A program made the translations under genes and the position numbers. This document shows, one piece after another, positions 25,668 to 30,405 of a DNA stretch of 30,405 nucleotides. The DNA comes from a virus (Duplodnaviria > Caudoviricetes): IMG/VR virus record IMGVR_UViG_3300040971_000257, positions 1 through 30,405 of that record; one strand, 5' to 3'. Below the pieces are notes generated by a model. It was given only the letters and a program-made list of their open reading frames with translations, ran no database searches and was not told where the DNA came from. The stretch's first letter is position 1. Every line of letters starts with the position of its first letter.

Positions 25668-25823
25668 TTATCTACCTTTTTTACTGTTTTCTTTTCTGAT
25701 TGTACCGATTTTTTTATCACTTCGAGTATCTCTACCATCTTTGTTTCTGATTGTCCCTTTAGGCAGACCATATTTTTTTTCAACATTACCTACTCTAGCA
25801 TCGGATCTTATTTTTCTAGCCAA
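25668..25823 (-). CDS. 51-aa basic protein (moron) missing from the ORF track
   Basis: AGGAGG RBS, TTG start: MARKIRSDARVGNVEKKYGLPKGTIRNKDGRDTRSDKKIGTIRKENSKKGR*; upstream TTGACA-17-AACAAT; hairpin at about 25651-25682. Confidence 0.72.
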   Translation of the reverse strand: MARKIRSDARVGNVEKKYGLPKGTIRNKDGRDTRSDKKIGTIRKENSKKGR

Positions 25824-25935
25824 TATTCAAACACCTCCTATTAATATTGTTTCACATACTTAAATTAATGTCAATTTATTATCCGTTTATTTATAGATCA
25901 TATCGACTTGAAATCAAAAAATATATCTGAAACTG

Positions 25936-27579
25936 TTATATCATATTCTCGTAATCATTCTTATATCTATTTAGAACTACATAAGCAATGATCAGTGCGA
26001 CAGTTCCATCAATTCGTTTGTACTTTGAGTTAAGTTTTGAAGGCTGTATGTTTCCATTTAAGTCAACTTTGGCTTGTGTGTTTGCTAAACACCACTTCAA
26101 TATAGGATTATTGTTATAATTTACGATTTTATTTTTAAGATCTGCTTCCATAATTTTCATTGGTTCAGATAAGGTATATATTCCTTGCCGTATCTTTTCC
26201 ATATTAAATCCTAGATCTTCCATCTCTTTTATCCAGTACTGTGAGTTCCAAGGATCGTATCCAACCCAGAGTGGTCTGATTCCATAAGTTTGAATCATCT
26301 TCATAAACCATTGTGTGACTAGACTAAAATCGTTTTGATTTCCTTCAGTTAATGTAACGAACCCTTTCTTAACCCAGATATCATAGGGAACATTATCTTC
26401 TTTGATTCTCTTTTCTATGACTTCGCTTGGCATAAAGAAATGTGGTATTACAAATTTTTTATTGCTATCTCGTTTTTGAATCACAAGTACTGCAGCTGTT
26501 AAGTCTGTTGTAGATGATAAATCAACTCCGCCGATTGCATAAGAATCTCTTAACTCATCAATAATATATGTTTCTTCATTGTTTAAGTCATCAAATGATA
26601 ACCAGGAACCTGAATCAGCTTGTTTAATATTAAAATCTTTACAAAGCATCGTTACTCTTGTTGATAGGTCGTGCTTTGATTTGTTCATAACATCTGCTAA
26701 GTAGTTATTAAGTTTTACAACACCAATACTCGGGTTGGATTTCTGCCAGGTCTTTGGATCATCATATATTTCTTTTGTACTGTCTTGTGTATATAACCAG
26801 GGCAGTACTCTTTCATCATCAATTTCACCTTTTAGCATCTTACGAGCATAGTCTAACTTATTATCTAAAAAACCACCAACGGTTGTCCCTTCGGTGGTTA
26901 TGATAAATATAAGCGGTTCTTTTTTTGTTGACTGTGATTGTTTAATCGCATCATAAACTTTGGAATCTGTCATTTCGTGGACTTCGTCTATACAACCAAC
27001 TTCAATATTATAGCCATCTTTGTTTCTGGATTGTGCTGAGAGTTTCTTTATCTTGTTTTTTGTCTTTGGGGAGTAGATATGGTATATGTTTTTCTTACTT
27101 CTGGTCTCTTTGGATAAAGCAGGAGATTGTTCTCGCATGTTATTGATTTCTTCAAAGAGGATGTTTGCTTGTTCCGTTGTATTTGAAGCACATACGATAT
27201 CAACACCACCTCTTGATAGAAAAAACTCAGCTAAATCAATACCAGCAACAAATGTCGTCTTTCCGTTTTTGCGAGCAATCAATAAAATGACTTCATTAAA
27301 TCTTCTCAGTCCTGAAGCTGCAATTTTAAATCCATAAGCTGTTTGCAATAGTGCTTTCTCCCAAAGTTCAAGTTTAAACGGCATACCATTAAACGGAGAC
27401 TTTGTATGTTTACAGAATGTTTCAATAAAATCAATTCTCAGATTTCCCGGTTTTTCATCAAAATGATATCTAGGATCTTCTAAATCTCGAGTTAAAAAAT
27501 AAAGTTCTGTTTTTAACTCCTCCCCTATTATGATAGTCCCATTTTTGATTTCATTGTAATACTCAACTAGATAGTTCAT
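25936..27579 (-). CDS. terL: Terminase large subunit
   Basis: Walker A IARKNGKT, Walker B CIDEVH, ITTEG, nuclease GVDLS, YDPWN, RIDG. Confidence 0.95.
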   Translation of the reverse strand: MNYLVEYYNEIKNGTIIIGEELKTELYFLTRDLEDPRYHFDEKPGNLRIDFIETFCKHTKSPFNGMPFKLELWEKALLQTAYGFKIAASGLRRFNEVILLIARKNGKTTFVAGIDLAEFFLSRGGVDIVCASNTTEQANILFEEINNMREQSPALSKETRSKKNIYHIYSPKTKNKIKKLSAQSRNKDGYNIEVGCIDEVHEMTDSKVYDAIKQSQSTKKEPLIFIITTEGTTVGGFLDNKLDYARKMLKGEIDDERVLPWLYTQDSTKEIYDDPKTWQKSNPSIGVVKLNNYLADVMNKSKHDLSTRVTMLCKDFNIKQADSGSWLSFDDLNNEETYIIDELRDSYAIGGVDLSSTTDLTAAVLVIQKRDSNKKFVIPHFFMPSEVIEKRIKEDNVPYDIWVKKGFVTLTEGNQNDFSLVTQWFMKMIQTYGIRPLWVGYDPWNSQYWIKEMEDLGFNMEKIRQGIYTLSEPMKIMEADLKNKIVNYNNNPILKWCLANTQAKVDLNGNIQPSKLNSKYKRIDGTVALIIAYVVLNRYKNDYENMI

Positions 27580-27896
27580 TCTTGAGCTCGTTTAAGAAAT
27601 TCATCAAATGCATCATCTCCATCATCAACTTGCGTACCAAGAATACTGTTTAGTGTTTTAATAACCGTTCCATATGAGTTCACAAGTTTAGTATAATATT
27701 TAGCTGCTTCTGTTTGTCTTTGCGCACCTTTATTTGATATTTGAATGGCACCGTATTTTCGTATTTGTACTTGTAACTTATCAAGTTCCACTTTCATAAA
27801 TGCAGCTTGATAAATTAAGTTATCTACTAGTTCCGTCTTTGATTCATCAACCAAAGAAAAAAGCGATTTTAATCGCTCGTATTCTTCACTTATCAT
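27576..27896 (-). CDS. terS: Terminase small subunit
   Basis: 106-aa helical protein overlapping the terL start (ATGA); AAFMKVEL...G.IQ, ends DAFDEFL. Confidence 0.8.
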   Translation of the reverse strand: MISEEYERLKSLFSLVDESKTELVDNLIYQAAFMKVELDKLQVQIRKYGAIQISNKGAQRQTEAAKYYTKLVNSYGTVIKTLNSILGTQVDDGDDAFDEFLKRAQE

Positions 27897-27909
27897 CGTG
27901 GTTGCTTCT

Positions 27910-28413
27910 CTATCTTTTATGCATTAAATAGATAAAATGGTTTTGTGCGACAACATCAGGACTATATCTCATTAATGAGCGAATAAACTTTAATCTATTA
28001 TTTCCATCTACAACTTTAATTTTACCATTTTTCTCAATACACAAAATCGGATGAATCCAAGTTCCGTTTTTATATGAGTTGATTCTGTAATATTTTAAGT
28101 CAATACTATTATACCAGTCGTATTCAGTTTTGATTCCTTCTGAGACAAAATCAGCATACTCAATATCTAAAATTTCATCATTATTCAATTTTACTGTTGA
28201 TAACTTATATTTTGTTAAATCAATGTAACTAAACTCTTCGAATAATTCTTCTGAGACATGGTGGCTTATAAATGAATGAAATAATATATCTTTTGGGATT
28301 ACAATATCTCTCGATTCCAAATAATGTACTAATAACGACTTAATATCAGTATCATAGTGAAGCTTAGCTTTTTTAATTCTTTTAATTTCTTCTAACAATA
28401 ATTTCATAATCAT
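27910..28413 (-). CDS. ParB/Srx-like domain protein
   Basis: HPIL...KIKVVDGNNRL resembles the ParB/Srx DGxxR motif. Confidence 0.55.
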   Translation of the reverse strand: MIMKLLLEEIKRIKKAKLHYDTDIKSLLVHYLESRDIVIPKDILFHSFISHHVSEELFEEFSYIDLTKYKLSTVKLNNDEILDIEYADFVSEGIKTEYDWYNSIDLKYYRINSYKNGTWIHPILCIEKNGKIKVVDGNNRLKFIRSLMRYSPDVVAQNHFIYLMHKR

Positions 28414-28414
28414 C

Positions 28415-30205
28415 TCACTTTTTATTTAAACAACATTTTTTAAATTTTTTTCCAGAACCGCAAGGACATGTGTCATTTCTTCCAACTTTTTTTACTTCAG
28501 CCATTTCTTCATAAACGAACCCAGTTACATTGTAATCCAAGTCAATGTGAATGAGATAAACATAATCAGTAAGTGAACTTCTCATATTTCTATATATCTT
28601 GTTTTTGATTTCGTTTATTTTCACAGCTGGAATATTTTTTCTACCATGAATAAAGAAAGTTATCGCAGTTCTTTTACCGTTTACATCATCCTTAACCGTA
28701 AATGATTTTAGAATTTTCCTGTTTTTGGCATCTTGTATTCCCGAGTCTATACTCTCAATCAAATTATTTTGCTTAATAATATGAGTTCCTAAAAAATAAA
28801 GTAAGAGATTATTTGACTTGTTTCCTAAGTACTTTGACTCAATATCATCCATCATTTTCATCAATTTCTTATTTATATCCGGTTTTTCAGGATTCATTTG
28901 TCCATAATAAACTTTTTCAATTGTTGGAACGTAATCATCAGAGAGATAAATAGACCCATAGTTTTCAAACTCACTAAAATCAAGATTCAAGCAATTAAAC
29001 ATATAGTAACCCAAGTAATCCAGTTCATCTGTAACCCATATTCTTTTATCTATTTCTATTCGTTTCATCAAATAATCTATAAAGAACATTGGTTTATTCA
29101 AATGGGATACTAATATTTCTAAATCATCAATATTAAAGCTCGCAATATCAATACCTTTTCTGTAAATGTTAGCATCCTTAAAACTGCTCAACATGGTTGA
29201 AATCATTTTTAGATTATCATTTGTAACACTTAACATCAATATATTATCCACTTGACCTTTTTTTATTGTAGCTACAACGTTTTTTCCAGTTTCATCATAT
29301 ATCAAGAAGTCATCATCAGGAAGAATACTCAATAATTCACGCCTCAAACGATCAGCTTGTTTGTAGGATTCTCCCAGATTCTTCTTGATATCATCAATAA
29401 AAGAATTAATATTTCCATCTTTAGATTTTCTTTTTATCGAATTACTTTTACACTCTATAACAATAAAAGTGCGCTCACTTTGGATAAGAAAATCCCCTTC
29501 AACAAATTTACCATTAGAGTAATAGAAAACATTATTGTGAATATCATTGGACTCAAACACTTTTTGAATGCAACTAAGTGTTTTCAACTCAAGCCATTCA
29601 CCTCTAAGTTTAGTAAATCGTTTATAACTCGATGAATGATTATACTTCAGTATTGTTTCGAGTTTTTCATATAAGTACCATGTAAAGTAAAAATGATGTG
29701 TTAAGATTTTTACTCCATCAACCAAAAGAAAAGGATGAAATAATATATCGTACTCAATCTTGTTACTTTCATATAAATCTAATGTAAAAAAATCTATAAT
29801 AAATTGCCATTCGACATCATCAATAGCAAAATCATTCTCAACTAAAGATAGTCTTGCTTCTTTTACATCCTTATCTCTGTCTAATAATGCGGATATTCTA
29901 GATGCTTCTTCAATAAGTCTAATCTTTGAATCTATCTTTTGAACTTCTTTTATCTTTACATTTTCAAAAATACTCTTTAGAAGTTGTTCTCTGATTTCGC
30001 CTATGAATCCCAAAAGACTATATAATTGAATATTGTAAATATTCCTAAAATCGTCTCCAAAATTATTATATATATCGTGAATTTTTTTTATAATTTGTTC
30101 TGGGAATGCATCCCCTCTAACATCATTGTTGTAATCTAAGTAATAATCGTAATTAAACATATAATCTCTTTTATTATCAAGTTCACTTCTCCATTTTAAT
30201 CTCAT
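28415..30205 (-). CDS. NERD-like PD-(D/E)xK nuclease domain protein with C-terminal SEC-C motif (possibly 5'-truncated)
   Basis: RGEWLE...VEGDFL...IVIECKS; ends KVGRNDTCPCGSGKKFKKCC; frame stays open upstream to about 30323 with no RBS before the ATG. Confidence 0.75.
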   Translation of the reverse strand: MRLKWRSELDNKRDYMFNYDYYLDYNNDVRGDAFPEQIIKKIHDIYNNFGDDFRNIYNIQLYSLLGFIGEIREQLLKSIFENVKIKEVQKIDSKIRLIEEASRISALLDRDKDVKEARLSLVENDFAIDDVEWQFIIDFFTLDLYESNKIEYDILFHPFLLVDGVKILTHHFYFTWYLYEKLETILKYNHSSSYKRFTKLRGEWLELKTLSCIQKVFESNDIHNNVFYYSNGKFVEGDFLIQSERTFIVIECKSNSIKRKSKDGNINSFIDDIKKNLGESYKQADRLRRELLSILPDDDFLIYDETGKNVVATIKKGQVDNILMLSVTNDNLKMISTMLSSFKDANIYRKGIDIASFNIDDLEILVSHLNKPMFFIDYLMKRIEIDKRIWVTDELDYLGYYMFNCLNLDFSEFENYGSIYLSDDYVPTIEKVYYGQMNPEKPDINKKLMKMMDDIESKYLGNKSNNLLLYFLGTHIIKQNNLIESIDSGIQDAKNRKILKSFTVKDDVNGKRTAITFFIHGRKNIPAVKINEIKNKIYRNMRSSLTDYVYLIHIDLDYNVTGFVYEEMAEVKKVGRNDTCPCGSGKKFKKCCLNKK

Positions 30206-30313
30206 TTTATGGATAATTACTCTTTCGATTAAATCTTCTAAATCTTCACTCTTAACAAATATTTCTGAAGTATTATGTATAGAATAATTGTTAATTAACT
30301 GTGAGCGTTTAAA

Positions 30314-30405
30314 ATAATACGTCTAATAAAAAAAGGCAACTAGTTATCTAGCCACCTCTTTAACCTTAAACTTTGATTTAATTTTCTCTTTCCATGGTAA
30401 TAAAT
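30314..30405 (-). mobile_element. Probable right end of an IS66-family element (transposase C-terminus, terminator, IR-like end)
   Basis: 30403-30344 reads LLPWKEKIKSKFKVKEVAR* (LLPW is typical of IS66 TnpC C-termini); hairpin plus T-run; plus-strand ATAATACGTCTAATAA only loosely resembles GTAAGCGTC-type IRs. Confidence 0.45.

Larger units (their letters stand above)
11300..27896 (-). mobile_element. Siphovirus-type (HK97-like head, non-contractile tail) prophage late module; element probably extends from 4927 to beyond the window
   Basis: Contiguous co-oriented terminase-portal-protease-capsid-neck-tail-holin gene order. Confidence 0.95.

Noticed and set aside
2515-29942. Short ORFs antisense to or nested in long genes (e.g. 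5320-5760, 8180-8512, 17682-19100 group, 22538-22825, 25629-25863, 27086-27337)
   Set aside because: Shadow frames of well-supported genes with no RBS or recognisable motifs.

Overview
AT-rich window translated with genetic code 11. The gene content and the lack of any endolysin suggest a wall-less Acholeplasmatales/Izemoplasmatales-like host (inference). About 11.3-27.9 kb is the minus-strand late module of an HK97-type siphoviral prophage: terS/terL, portal, protease, capsid, neck, tail tube, tail chaperone, tape measure, Dit/Tal-like, fibre-like proteins, a nucleotidyltransferase, two holin-like proteins and a short SSB. To its left is a Zn/Cd-resistance cargo block (CDF, thioredoxin-fold protein, P1B-ATPase with a fused ArsR/SmtB-like domain, two-component system). 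Further left are accessory blocks (RelBE + GNAT, secreted caspase-fold peptidase, zincin peptidase) separated by three same-orientation element-end/att-like sites at 64, 3780 and 4927; the last one interrupts a DUF4143 ATPase gene. The most unusual signal is an unannotated ~280-nt minus-strand unit between the tail chaperone and tape-measure genes. It is a circularly permuted tRNA-like RNA (T-arm and 3' acceptor strand first, 5' acceptor strand and D-arm ~100 nt later, no anticodon arm) wrapped around a sequestered RBS and a 19-codon ORF, with its own promoter and terminator. The right end holds a NERD/SEC-C + ParB-like gene pair, probably truncated by an IS66-like element.
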